From assembly GCA_001643675.2 (NCBI GenBank), contig LSRY02000014.1:1612001-1676000 (forward strand): DNA of 64,000 nt. Reading direction: 5' to 3'. The DNA is from Monocercomonoides exilis PA203 (Eukaryota > Protista > Preaxostyla). A program made the position numbers and the translations under genes. This document shows, in pieces, positions 40,660-53,246 of this stretch. The notes under the pieces were generated by a model. The model was not told the DNA's origin. It did not search any database and saw nothing but the letters and a program-made list of their open reading frames with translations. Within the stretch, counting starts at the first letter, position 1, and every line of letters begins with the position of its first letter.

Positions 40660-41365
40660 ATCTGCTTTTCCCAAAGGATTTGGAATTAAATGAGAACGAA
40701 GTCCATCTTTTCGCTGTTGACTGTGAGGTTTTCCTGACCTCTTCCAATAAATCACTTTGCCTTTTCGTTAAAAGCGGTGATGCTGAATCCTCTTTCATTC
40801 TCGCTGCTTCGGTAAATCCAAATCTCGCTTGGATGCGAGCGTTTCTGGCTTCTTTCAAGGCTTGTGCAAGCAATAAACATGCTTGCGCTACGGCACCCTG
40901 AGCTTCATCATCTTTAGTTTTCGTATGAGCAAATAAAATAAGTTTCATTGCGGGGTAAAGAAACGTCTCACATCTTTCTCCTGCTTGATCTAAGGCGTCT
41001 TTGTACGGACTGGTAGTCCTTACAAAAGGTGGAGGCGCATTAGGGAGGAAAGGGGATAAATCTTCTGTCTTCAACGAAGCAACCAAGTCATTTATCTCAT
41101 GTTCCGGTAATGGAAGATCATATAACGATAATTCCGGGGGTCTTCCAAAAATTTTTAGAAATGAATTTTCCAGTGGAATTTCTTCTTCTTTTTCTTCGCC
41201 AAGGGTGGTAGAAGGTGGGGAGAGTGAGGATGAAAAAGAAGAAGGTTGGGAAGCGGAAAAGGGTCCGGGAAATGTCGGAAACCCGCTTGTTGGACCACCA
41301 GGCAGCGCAGCTGCGCTCGGTTCGGCCGCAAGTCCTGTTCCCAGAGGATTGTTAGGGATCATCAT
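40526..41365 (-). CDS. DIRS ORF1, gag-like protein (279 aa)
   Basis: First ORF just inside the 5' ITR; Pro/Ser-rich N-terminus, helical core and basic C-terminus. Assigned by position. Confidence 0.75.
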   Translation of the reverse strand: MMIPNNPLGTGLAAEPSAAALPGGPTSGFPTFPGPFSASQPSSFSSSLSPPSTTLGEEKEEEIPLENSFLKIFGRPPELSLYDLPLPEHEINDLVASLKTEDLSPFLPNAPPPFVRTTSPYKDALDQAGERCETFLYPAMKLILFAHTKTKDDEAQGAVAQACLLLAQALKEARNARIQARFGFTEAARMKEDSASPLLTKRQSDLLEEVRKTSQSTAKRWTSFSFNSKSFGKSRYGKHESYQRPQFFRSGPRSWAGRKSSNTYSRSPSQPRSRGTRTN

Positions 41366-41381
41366 TTTTTGATCAGTGATC

Positions 41382-41471
41382 GTGACTGACCCTTAAGTGA
41401 TGCTCTCGTAAATAGAAGAGAAGGAAGTGAGAGAATGTTTTCTTTTGAATCAAAGTGCTTGCGCTTTGATT
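41382..41471 (-). repeat. DIRS 5' inverted terminal repeat with terminal hairpin extension (41448-41471)
   Basis: Core 41382-41432; outer 24 nt AATCAAAGTGC-TT-GCGCTTTGATT are self-complementary. Confidence 0.95.
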
Positions 41472-44400
41472 ACAAGTCCAACACCGTTTGTATGCATATC
41501 ATCGATTGTGCAGTTTTCAAAAGCTGTGCTTCCACCGCTGCACACTGCAATCCCACTTCCTGCAAAATGCACTCCTTTCATCACAGCCCTGTCAAAATGA
41601 ACAAATCCTCCTTTCGCAGCAACAATCCATTTCCCACATTCATTTTGCGCACTTCCACAGCCAGAAAATGAACAATCAACAAAAGTGCATTGCCCCACCC
41701 TCACTTCCACAACTGACTGTTTTTCTGCTGGATTTATCGGTGCTCGCGGAAGAACAAACTCAAGAACTGAAAAAATTAAATATGTCAATGCCTCTCCCTC
41801 TGTTTGCTCAAATTTTCCTTCCTCCCCAACAACCATTTTCTGTGCCTCATCATTCCCTTGAAAGGTCAGTGATTTTCCATTTCTATTGATTGTCCCATTC
41901 ACTTCTGCCTCCCCTTCCAGCTGCATGATCGCATGCTCATCCTTCATCCGAGCAAATCCCACATCAACAGACAAGCAAGGGTTTTCCTTCAATCCACAGT
42001 TCTGCCCGTCATTCCCTGTTCCATCCACAAACATATACGATCCCAAAGATGGGAACAAATAGCTTATGATAGACCCTTCCTTGCTTGCATCAGAAAGGTC
42101 TTCAACCCACATCAGCTTCTGAACTGTCGCATTCGTGGCTGTTCCATACCACAATGTCGGAAGAAGCATCAGCCACGGTGACTCACACACCAGATACACA
42201 TCATCTCCCTTTTCTGCCACGCTGTTTCTGAACTCATTGTTTTTCATCGAATATGTGATGTTCGTGCTCTCAAACCTCACATACAGCCCTCCTCCCTTTC
42301 CACTTCCAGATGGCACAGCGCACTTGTCCATCTTATTGCACTCAAACATAAACTTCCCTCCTTCTCTCACAATCATCACCATTCCTCCTCCCATCGAACC
42401 ATCTGCCTCACAACCACACTTCTCAAAAGTGCAGTTTGTAATCTCAATGCATTCTCCATTTTTCACATTCCCATTCATCACTCCTCCATTTCCATTATTT
42501 CTCGTTATCTCCAAAAATGTGTTGTTCCTCATCGTCAGGCTCATTCCACATCCCTCCTCTCCATTTCCAATCAGAATCATATTCCTGTCAGCAAAGTCTG
42601 TTTCTTTCAGCGTTGAGTTTGCAATCACAACTTCCTTCCCTCGCTTCAATTCTACCACACTCCCTCCTCCTTCCCTTGTAGTATTCCTAATTGTCACTTC
42701 ATCAATCAGACCTTCCACACCAACACCATCAATCACAATCATCCCTTTTCCAAGTGTCTCAAAGTTCCCGAATTCACATTTCACCATCTCAATCTTTCCT
42801 CCTTTACAATAAACACATGTTGTCTCAACTATCCCTTCTTCGGCTGCAAATGAGCATCTCTCAATTCTCAAAATGTTGCCACTGCACAGAAACACACTTT
42901 CCTTTGTCGAGTCTGCAAACCTTGAAACAACAAATGCTAAATTGCAAAACTTCACATTTTGCATTGTTTCAATCATGCTTTCCTTTTCCCTATCACCTTC
43001 TCCTGATTCATTCACAACAACTCGTTGCATCTGCATCTCTCCGTCAATCATCATTGCCTGTGAATCAACAACAATTTCTTCTTCAATTGAAAAAGGCGAC
43101 AGCAGACGCAACACAGCCAATGATGTTCCAAACAAGGCTTTCCCTGCATATTTCAGTGTGCTGCACGAAAAATCAAAATACCCACATTTTGCGTGATCCA
43201 TTCCTCCATCTCTCCCATGAACATATCCAATTGTGGGCTTTTCGCGAAACAGCACCACAAGCGGAATCAGCTGTCCGATATTTCTATTTTCCATTCCCAT
43301 CAACTCTTGCAAATCCGGATTCTTGTCAGCATCAATCTCAAACGAAAAATTGAACGATGATTCATTCACAAGCTCTGACAAGCTCTCACACTCTATCATC
43401 ACATTCTTGCCTCCAAAACTTGCTGAATTAGCTGCCTCTTCCGTTCCAAAAGTCAACTTCGTCATTACAAAATCTCTTCCCCCTTCTTCACACCTCAGCA
43501 TCACCCCTCCTCCATATCCCCCAACTGATCCTTCACCAATGGCTGAACACTTCCCAAAATATGTCTCACTCTCCAAACTTCCCAGCCGCATCACTCCTGT
43601 TCCTTTCAGAATCACGCTTATTCCTCCCCCACATCCCTTTGATGTTCTACAGCTTTCAATCTCAACATCATAAATACTCATCATGCACTCATCACCAATC
43701 ACTCCATTCACAACACTTCCATTCCCTTCCAATTCATTCACCCCCTGAAATGAGCTGTTTGCAATCGAAAGATCCCTTCCTTCTCTGTCACTAATGAATC
43801 CGCAATTTTTGTTTCCACAGCTTTGTGCTGTCACATTAGCCAGCAAAAGTGAATTCTCGGAGGTGTACTCAATTAGACCATTTGCGTCCATCATCTGTAC
43901 ATCGCTGATAAAGACATTATTTATCAATGCTTTTCCATTTCCTTTCAAGCACAGGATGGGAGCTGATGCAAACTGCACAGCTTCTATCCTGAATCCGACC
44001 ATTGAAAGACTTCCACTTTGAAGGTGAATGAACGAATAATTGCACCGAGTCACAGAAGGCTCGCACTCAATTGCACATTCTTCAATTTGCAGCTCTCCAC
44101 CAGCTCCTGATACTTGAAATACACTTGTTTGAGCAGATGGAAGCGATCCAGTAAGAATGTGAACAAACAGCTCAAACTTGACTCTCGAAAGCACTTCAAT
44201 CACACATTCACTTTCAGTCTCATTCCCCTTCATTTCCATCCTCGTTCTTGTTGCAACCCCACAAAACTCGTATCCTTCACTTTGGCTCAGTGTCACACTC
44301 TCTGAAAATGAATACGTTGCTCCAAATCGCACTCTTCTTTCTTTCCCCATCACTCTCTTCAATGCATAATCAACTGTTTGGCACCTGAACTCTTCAAATC

Positions 44401-47400
44401 CACACACAACAACATCCACTCCACTGTTGCTCATGAACATCGCCTCAGGATCGTCTGTAAGATAATATTTCAGTGGAATGATTAAGTTTCCCCACTTTGA
44501 GTCAATCCCCATCGCCAACGAGCTGAGATCAGAAATGTGAATTGGAAATTGAATCTGTTCTTTTCTCACACTTGTTGCCAAATCTGGAGATAACACAAAC
44601 AGATCTGCTCCATGCTCTGCCTCGTTCAATCTGAAAACAAGTGTTTTTGACAGCTCAACTCTTGCCTCAGAATCCAAAAGATGAAGCAGCATCCCTCCTC
44701 CTCGCCCATTCGTTCCGCTTTCTGAGGGTGCACTGCATTCTTCAAACGTAGTCGATGAAACATACAACTCGCTCGCCTTTCCCATCACCGCACACATTCC
44801 TCCTCCTCTATTGCCATTTCCACCCACTCTGCATCCTTTCAACGAGCAGTTCTCAATATCAACAACAAACCTGCTTGCCTCATCTGCTTGCATGGAAATG
44901 CTTGCCCCATTTCCAGCTGTTCTCGTGATGTTATCAAATGATGCGTTCTTCAGCTTCAACAATGAGCACGCCTCAATGTGAATAATTCCACTCTTCTCCA
45001 AAGCACAATCTCCTAATGAACTATTTTGTATTGCTGCTGAACTGCTTGTGTCCATTCTGATCACTCCTCCAGTCCCGCTTGCTCTCACATTGTTCATCGT
45101 TAATTGATCAATTGTGCATTTTGTACTTCCATCCACAAGCACAATGTAACTTCCAAGCAACACATCTCTCTCAGCACCACATCTCAGCCTCAGCATCTGC
45201 ATATACCCACCGCTCGCTCTGATAAATGCATACCCAATCTCATTAGCATTGCCCATCCCATCAATCGCACAGTCAATAATTCTCATGTCTCCGGCCAACG
45301 AATGTACAAATGTGGAACGCCCTGAAATCGATTGCCCCAGCTCAAAGGTGATGTTTGTGAGTGTTGTCGTCACATTGTTTTTCACCAACCAGTCATGCTC
45401 TTTTGGTTCTGTTGTCTCCACTCGCAATCCAATAGCTTTGTCACTCGAATCTATCTCATATGACTGCTCGCTCAAAGTTATTTCCTCCTCAAATCCAAAT
45501 ATACCGCAAGCCTCACCACTCGTTTCGAGTTGGGAAACCGAAACTCAGCAGCTTTTTCAATTGTATTGCACGGGTAATCAGCAAAACCGCACAGTCTGAA
45601 ATCATTTCCATTTGCTTTCCCACTCACATATGCAGGTGGCTGAAAAGTTCGCAGAAACAAGGCAAGTGAAATGATCATCTCAGGATTATCTCTTTCAATT
45701 CCGCTCAACTCACTGAAGTCTGTCGCATTAATCCCAATTTGGGGATGAAATCCAATTGAAGCACTGTTGATCACAGTTGATAAATCCTGCGCTTCCACAA
45801 ACACATTCTTTCCTCTCCAGGCATCACATTCATCAAAGACACAAAACTCAATCCTGAAGCTGCATTCGTTGGTCAGGCATGTCAGATGCATCGCCCCTCC
45901 TTTTCCTTTCTTTGATTCATCAGCAGGCGATGAGCACGATTCAAACCCGACATTTGAATTGTCTCCAATTCGCAATTCGCTTCCTGTTTGCATCGAAATA
46001 TGCATCCCTCCACCATTGCCATTTGCACAAGAGCATCTTTTCAGCGTTGTGTTTGATAAGCCAAAAGAGCACCCAGAATCCAATGAACTGGAGAAAATAG
46101 ACCCACTTCCAGTGGTTCTTGTGATATTCTCAAAGGTCACATTCACTATTCTTGGAGAATTTCTCGAAGACAGTTCAACTTCACTGAAGATTGGCGCTGA
46201 AAGAACCATATTCCGAATCTCCACATTTCTCAGTGAAATGCAATTCATATTCAACACAAATGGTGATGTATCTATTTCACTCCCTCCTGACTCAGATCCT
46301 GGGGATAAAATGAGAACATCAGACAAAGAAAGCACTCCTGCGGAAGAGCTCACCACAAAAAGTCGTGGAGATGGAGGTGCTGTTGAATCATGTTGGATTT
46401 GAATTGTTGTTATCATCAAACTCCCACTCGACACGCTGAATAAAACTGAAGAGGCTTCCAACGATTGTGTTCGAACAATTGAGTTAAGATGGTTTTCTCC
46501 AGAAACTTCAATGTGCTTTTCTCCACACTCAATCGAAGCACGTGGAGCAAATGTGGAAGCCAACAGCTTCACTCCTTGAACCGTGGCATATCCTGAATTG
46601 CTCACAGCTCTTTCAATCGTTTTGCAAGGTTTGTCTTCCGATTTCCCACAAAGCAACTCAGCATCACTTCCGTTGCTGGAAACATAACGCTTCAATAACC
46701 CCTTTCCAAGCCAGAAATCATAATCTGTTTGACTGCCATTAAACCAAACTCTTTGGCATTCCGTGGTTGTGAACGATAATTCAAATGGACAGCCAATCAA
46801 ATTTGGATAAACAACGTAAACATCATGACCATTTCCATTTCCTGCAGTGTTTCTATCAAAAAAGCAATATTTCATAAAAATAAAATGTTCGCCTAATTGC
46901 ATGTTTTTGCTTTGATATATATGAAATGCTCCACCATTATTTCCAGCAATATTCCCCTGGAATTCAGATTCTTTCAAAAGAAATGAATTTTCAATTTCGT
47001 CATGAACAAATAAGGCTCCTGCGAAAGATCCTGCTTTGTTCTTAAAAAATGTGCATTTATCAACTAAGAATGGATCAACTTTCTTTCCGTCTCTTCCAAA
47101 AATCGTCACCAACCTCATAGCACCTGCATAATAGTCGCTAGAGTTACAATCATCAAAAAGACATCCAGAGACCAATATAAAACCCTCTGAAAAATTATGA
47201 CATTGAAGAGCACCAACCCCGTTTGAAGTTGAATAGCAACAAGAAAAATTCGAATCTTCGATAATCGCACCAAAAATTGCATCAGTGCAAATTGCACCAA
47301 TATGAGGAGCTGTGCAACTTCACATATGAATACGAATTGTTGTTTATAAACAAATAAAATGAAGAAATACAATAAAATGAATAAAAAGAAATGGAAATAA

Positions 47401-50400
47401 TAATAAAATGAAATTATTAATCTTTATCATTTGTGGAATAATATAAAAAGCATACGAAATAAACTCACTCCTTCGAGCGGTGAGTGTTATTGGTAATATT
47501 GATGCAAGAATTGCTCCTCCACTTTCCGGAGAAATGCATCCATCAAATGTGTCGTCTTCAAATGTTTCTGATTGGGTCAGAACTTGGTGCCCAGATTCTC
47601 CTGAATAGTGTGCATTTGCATTTGCATTTCTGATGCATCGTTGATATGTGTTGTTGGATGAGCACAATGTTGTGCCTTCAGTGTTTATTGATCGAATAAC
47701 ACCTCCATAAAACACATCGCAAACTTCACAGAACGAGCATCCCGAAATCGAATTCAGACTCTCTGAAATAGAAGAAGGAATTCTGATTGTTTGTGCTGAA
47801 GCGATCGAAATGTTGCAAAATGAAGATCTTGCTAAATCCACATTTTCCTTTCCTGATGAAGAAAGAAACGGAGAAGATTGCAGTTGCAGAGACGAAAAAG
47901 CAGAATTCGATATGCTCACTCTGTTTGATGTTTCGTGTGTTAAAAACGCTTCAGTTGGATGGGAAGCTATCAATGAAGGAATGCATTTTTCAGCAGCAGA
48001 TGTTGTGAGTGAAATGTTCTCACAACACAAGCAACCACCAGTTTGCGCGAATGAAGGGATGCATCTTTTTGCTGAATATTTCATCGAGCAGCAGCTCAAA
48101 GACACAGAAGATTCGTTGATGAAAAACACTGAACTTTTCTCTCTTGAATAGATCTCTGTGTTCCACACTGAAAAAGTGGAATTCATTATGTGCATGCTCA
48201 CATCAATTCGAGTCGAACTCCCGCAGCTTTGACTCTCTCTCCCATCATTTTTCTCCATATCCCCTTGTGGATTGCCGTTATTGTGCAGCATCTGCAAAGA
48301 ATTTGGGGGAATAAATAGAAGCAAATTTGATGTTTCCCTTGCTTCCTCACTCTCCTTTGTCCAGAAATTATCCGTCATTCCTCCACATGTTGCCATTTTG
48401 GTAATAAAAGGCAGAAGCACAGCAAAAAGATAATTTGATGCCTTCATGTTCAAGAAAGCGCTCTTCAAAATCTTGAATAATTCTGATCATGCCCATAACT
48501 GCAATTGCGATGTTTTTTCTCCCTTTCTTGCTTCAACAATTGCTTTTGTTGCTTCTCTCTTCAAAAAAGGCAAAAAGGATAAAATGTTATCTTTATGAAG
48601 AAAAAATATATGAAGAATCCAATTACAAAAATGAGTGAATATATGAAAAATAAATAGAAAAGAAAAGAAAAATATTTCCATTGCATACCATTTTAATCCA
48701 CATGAAATGTATTCTGAAAGGATGAGAAATGATCCCAAATCGAAATGATATTGAATAGATTTTGCAAACAAATACTGGAAAAAAACATGGAGGAATTGAA
48801 TTCCATCATAAGAAGCAAACTCTCCAGCAAAAGGAGAGATCATGAGCGTTGAAACAGATGAACAGGGGAAATGTGAGTTGAAAATGAAGATGCGCTTCGA
48901 TTTTGCAAAAGAAACTCAAAGCAGAAAAAAGGCACTGTTGATCGTTCGAAGAAGATGATGATTGAGAAAATTGTGCCTCTTCCGCTCAAATCTGAAAAAA
49001 TGATCTTCTGAAATCACTTTCCTTCAAAATTCCTTTCCATTTATTTTTCAACTTTCAACAGAAATTTTCTTGTTTGACTCTGTATTTTTCTTACTTTCTT
49101 TTTCTGTTTCACTGTTTCTTTTTTCCTTTTTCCTTTCTTCATCAACAATTTGTTCATCTTCTTCACAAGCATTCTCTTCATCATTTGATTGCAATATCTT
49201 CATATTTCAATATCTTTGACTCAATGCCTGCATGTTCTGCTCCTTCCTTCTCTTTCTCTTTCGAAATAAACAGCATCCACTCATTCCTGCAAAAATCATT
49301 TTTTTTATCTCTTTATCTTGATAAAGTGGTGCATTCTCCTTGAATCTTTTTGATGGAGGTGTTCAGAGCATTTTTCTTGCTGAATCTTCCACATCTTAAC
49401 TGAGAGAAAGCTGCTGAAAATCGATGTTCAAATAGCTGGTTGAAGAAATGAAAATGTGAGATGAAACTCGCCAAAAGCAGAAAAAGCAGTCCAAGAAATT
49501 GAATCTCTTCAATGCATCAGCACGAGCCTGCAAGAATGCACAACGACAACATCAAATGTTATTGTCATTTATTCTATTTCTTGGGAAGATAAAATATACC
49601 ACCATGAAAAAGAGAAGGCAATAATGAATAAAATGCGAGGAAATCAAAATTTGAATAAATATTTGAATAATTACTCAAAATGAAGTTCAATACAAACCTC
49701 ACAAGCACTTCAAGCAAACAGTTTCTTGCAAAAGATATTCTAAATTCGGTTTTCTAAAAGCTTTCACCAATGTTGCGATTGAACGGAAATTCAACTTTGC
49801 TGTTGCCTTTTGATTGGCCAATCCTTTCTTATTTTTCTGATATTCTTTTTTATTGTTTTGTTCCGTTTTAAGTTCATTTCTTTCGTCAATTTCTTTGATC
49901 TTCTTGAAATTCAGTCTGCCCTTATGCTTTTTTCCTCGTTCGTCAAACAGCTCCCTTTTCAAAAGTTCTTTTTATCAGATCAATGATTTCTTTGCTTTGC
50001 TTTTCCTTTGCTTTTCCATTCAAATCATAAGCCCATTTTCCAATATCCTCATTTGTCTCGTTTTTTTCTCTTTTGTATCATTCACAATTCTTTTGGAGGC
50101 ATTCCATTCAATGCCCTTCTTCTGTTCAACTTAGCAGCAAGCCTTCTTCGCGAATGACTTTGAGGCGAAATTTGACTTTTCTTCTGAAAAAGAACTTATC
50201 AATGGAATATGAATAAGAAGAAAATATATTGCATTCACCAAAACAGAAAATAAGAAATTGAAAAATAGCAATTAGTTGCAAACTTTGATTTCTCAGCCAC
50301 CAAAGGAAAATGGTAATTTGTTAAAAAAAAATGGTTGTTGTCTGATGAAAATGAATAATGTCAGTGATAAATCCAATGAAGATGGCACGAATCAATAAAA

Positions 50401-51704
50401 CTGAAGTCCTGTGATAAAATAGATTTAAAAGAATGCTGGCGTAAAGGTAATCCCAAGTGTGAATCTGGATGCATAAGCGCAGAAAACGGATGAAATTCAA
50501 GATTCAGAGTTTTGAAGCTTTGATGGATGAGGCTTTCAAACGAATTTAAAAGAATAATGAGCATTTCGTGAAGTCCACTGCTCTTTTGTTGAAAAAACAA
50601 ATGAACTTTCAAATGGTCCGATATGGGTGATTCTGCATCCTTCAATTGAATCACAGACATTTTCCATTTTCCTCATTTAAGTTCGCACTTTTCTTTCTTT
50701 TGAGCACTTAACCCGAAACAAATGTACTATTTTCCTTTTCCTGAGTGTGAGAGACATTTGATTTTTTGTGTGTATTATCGCTCTGAATGATCAAATTGTT
50801 GCTGATGTTAATATCCCTTTCAACAAAAAAATGCAAATTTTGAGTTTTAAGGCTTTGCTCGATTTGAAAATGTTTTTTCCACGATTTAAGGTTAATTGCA
50901 TTCCAGTTTTAAATTTGCTAACAAAGATGATAACGAAAAAATGGAAAAATTTTTAAAATTGGTAAAAGATATCTTTCCACTCAATGTAGTTCACCGAAAC
51001 AAAGTCTATTTATGCGATTTTTGATGGTAACTCCAGTTTCACGTAAAGCAACACTCATTTCCGCTTTAATGACATCGATTTGGTAAATTAATTCTGAATA
51101 AATAATTATATTTTATTATGGGCGGATTATTTTCGACTTTTTCGGAAAAAATTTTGGATAAAGAAATATGTTATATTTGATTTTCTATTTTTTCATTTAT
51201 TTATTGTTGATTTGTTCATAGAAATTAATTCGAAAAATCAAGAAAGAAAGAAAAAAAAAAAATGCTGAAAATTACAAAAACAAAAATTTATTCTGAAAAA
51301 TATTACAGTCGAATTTTTAATTTTTGAAAGATTATTTTTTGAAAAAAATACACTTATTTTATGTTGAATTTTTAAAATTGAAATCAATTGTAATGATTTT
51401 TGCAAAAATAAATCTCACTTAATAAAATAGAAAAGAAAATTTTAAACACTGTAATAATCCAATAATTGAATTAAAAAATTATACAGATAAAACGAACAAA
51501 AAATGCAAAAATTCATATGAAAATTATGAAATTATAAGATATCAAACAGAAAGAAAAGTGCTGAAATGAAGAGAAGTGTTTTCTGTGTGAAACTGAGTTG
51601 TTGCTTGGCTGTTATGGCAAAGCCAATGTTAATTTCTTAATAAAAAAAATGTTTTTCAACTTTTTTCAAAAAATTCACTTTTATTTTTTCCAAAGCAACT
51701 TTTA

Positions 51705-52849
51705 TCATTGTTCTGTTTCGTATTCCTTTTCCATCAGCAAAATTGGAGCATGAACAGGTTGAGGTTTGTACAAAAGCTGCTTCATTTCTTCTTCTTTCCT
51801 TTTTTTTCTTTGCTCTTCAATCTCTCTCAACAGCCTTTTTTCCGTGCTTTCGCTTCTTCTTTCTCCTCCTTCCCCGTCCTCTTCTTCTTCGTCCTCCTCC
51901 TTCTCTGAGCCGATATTCAAGTGAAGTGTGTCATTAATATCGCTAATCCGCTCATAACTCCTATCAACTCCCCTTTCTCTCCCATCTCCATATAGCCCAT
52001 GCCGCCTCTTCCACGCGGCCACATCTGAGCTGTGGCGATCTAATTCTCTTTCCTCCTCTTCGCTCTCCTCATCCGATAATGATTTAATCATCCATTCGCT
52101 CAGTTCTCCTACCCTGCTAACACACCGAACAGAAAAAAATAGCACTTTCTTTGCTTCTTTCTGGTAAAAGAAGTAATTGAATGACCAAATAGTCCCTTCT
52201 TCTGCAAATGGATCCTGCTCTTCTCCATCGTTGCCTGGAACAAATGAAAAAATTTCGCAATTTGACACCTCAACCACTTGATGGATAGCTTTCCATAGCA
52301 AGGTTCTTTTTTAAAAGGGAAAATTAAACATAATAATGAAAAACTCATGACACACTGAAATTCGGGGCAATATCCTTCAACAACCTCTCGCATTTGAGTG
52401 TCTATTGAAACTTGTACAACTGTTGGATCAACTTCCTTAACAAATTGATAAGGCTGAATTTTTCCAAAAGAAAATGTTGGGAAAAGCGTCATTAGCACTG
52501 AAATTAGTGTTAAAAAGGTTTTTTTGTTTGCAGGTAATTCTAAAGGCCTTTATAAAAAAAATTGAAGTTTAATTTATACAAAATAAATATAATATAAGAA
52601 AAAAGAACCCGAATGCTGATGTATCTGTTATATCTTCAGTGTACATATCTTGAATTTCCTTTGCAACTTTTTTTTCTTCTGAAGTATTCTTGCATGAAAA
52701 GCATTCTAGTTGAACATGTATTCTTCAAAAAAAGACAATAAAAACTTCATGCTCTTTTAATAATATGAAAAAAACCTTGAAGCTTGATTTTCTAATCCTG
52801 TAAGCATGGATTGAGCAAACTGAAGGCAAGGATATTCCAGATAACGCAT
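51705..52849 (-). CDS. MAF1: Repressor of RNA polymerase III transcription, multi-exon
   Basis: MRYLEYP..., LECFSCK, KKTFLTLISVLMTLFPTFSF, LWKAI...CEIFSF...DPFAEEGTIWSFNYFFYQKEAKKVLFF and an acidic tail match Maf1 boxes A-C. Confidence 0.93.
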
Positions 52850-53246
52850 CAGAAAAAATTTCTATTAATTATCCGAAATATTCAAAGAAAGTCTTGGTAT
52901 GTCTTGCTTTAGATATCGCTCAATAAAAAATATGCTGCAGGTGATCTAAAAATATTTATTAAATTCCACTATTCATTCAAACAAAAAATAAAAAATCGAT
53001 AAAAACCTTTAATTGTTTGTTTATGGTCTACTTGATCATTCTTCATTTCTGAAATTATTTTCTTGTTCATCCGATTCTTAAATGATGAATGAACTTAACA
53101 ATAAAAAGCAGCATGTTATTTGAGAGGCAATAATTGAAGAAAAACAACATTTTTTTTCCAAAATTGATTTTTGTGAAATGAATTTTTCAAAATGAAGTGA
53201 ATAAATAACTCCAAAAAAATATTTTTAAAATACATTTAAAAAATAT

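Larger units (their letters stand above)
36772..41471 (-). mobile_element. Full-length DIRS1-type tyrosine-recombinase retrotransposon
   Basis: Inverted termini, ICR, gag-like + RT/RH/MT + YR ORFs, shared ATT/AAT at both ends; removing 4,697 bp restores the host frame (GLV-MNEAG). Confidence 0.97.
31258..48447 (-). pseudogene. Giant (~4,100 codons reconstructed) type I membrane protein: signal peptide, 8 Cys-capped Pmp-like beta-helix modules, TM helix, degenerate TKL/tyrosine-kinase-like domain; disrupted by a DIRS insertion and two frameshifts
   Basis: ATG at 48447 (MKASNYLFAVLLPF); intron 47455-47318. ORFs 45478-47175, 41450-45475, 32058-36797 and 31258-32109 join into one protein. Motifs: repeated [YF]VSxxGxDxxxCGxxxxPCx[TS], GG[AG][ILVM] and FxxN; TM YWLLIVIVLVVILLIVLIGFILFVVRWRK; kinase C-lobe RWKAPELL...AFSIGMMVWECLTLDIPF...RP. 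Frameshifts at ~45505 and 32133-32141. Confidence 0.85.

Noticed and set aside
36772-41471. Element as an LTR (Ty3/copia) retrotransposon, intron or retron
   Set aside because: No direct LTRs, integrase or protease, and no GT-AG ends; ITR + ICR + YR identify it as DIRS.
48500-51100. Short ORFs upstream of the giant receptor gene
   Set aside because: Fragmentary, with no recognisable domain or repeat boundaries.
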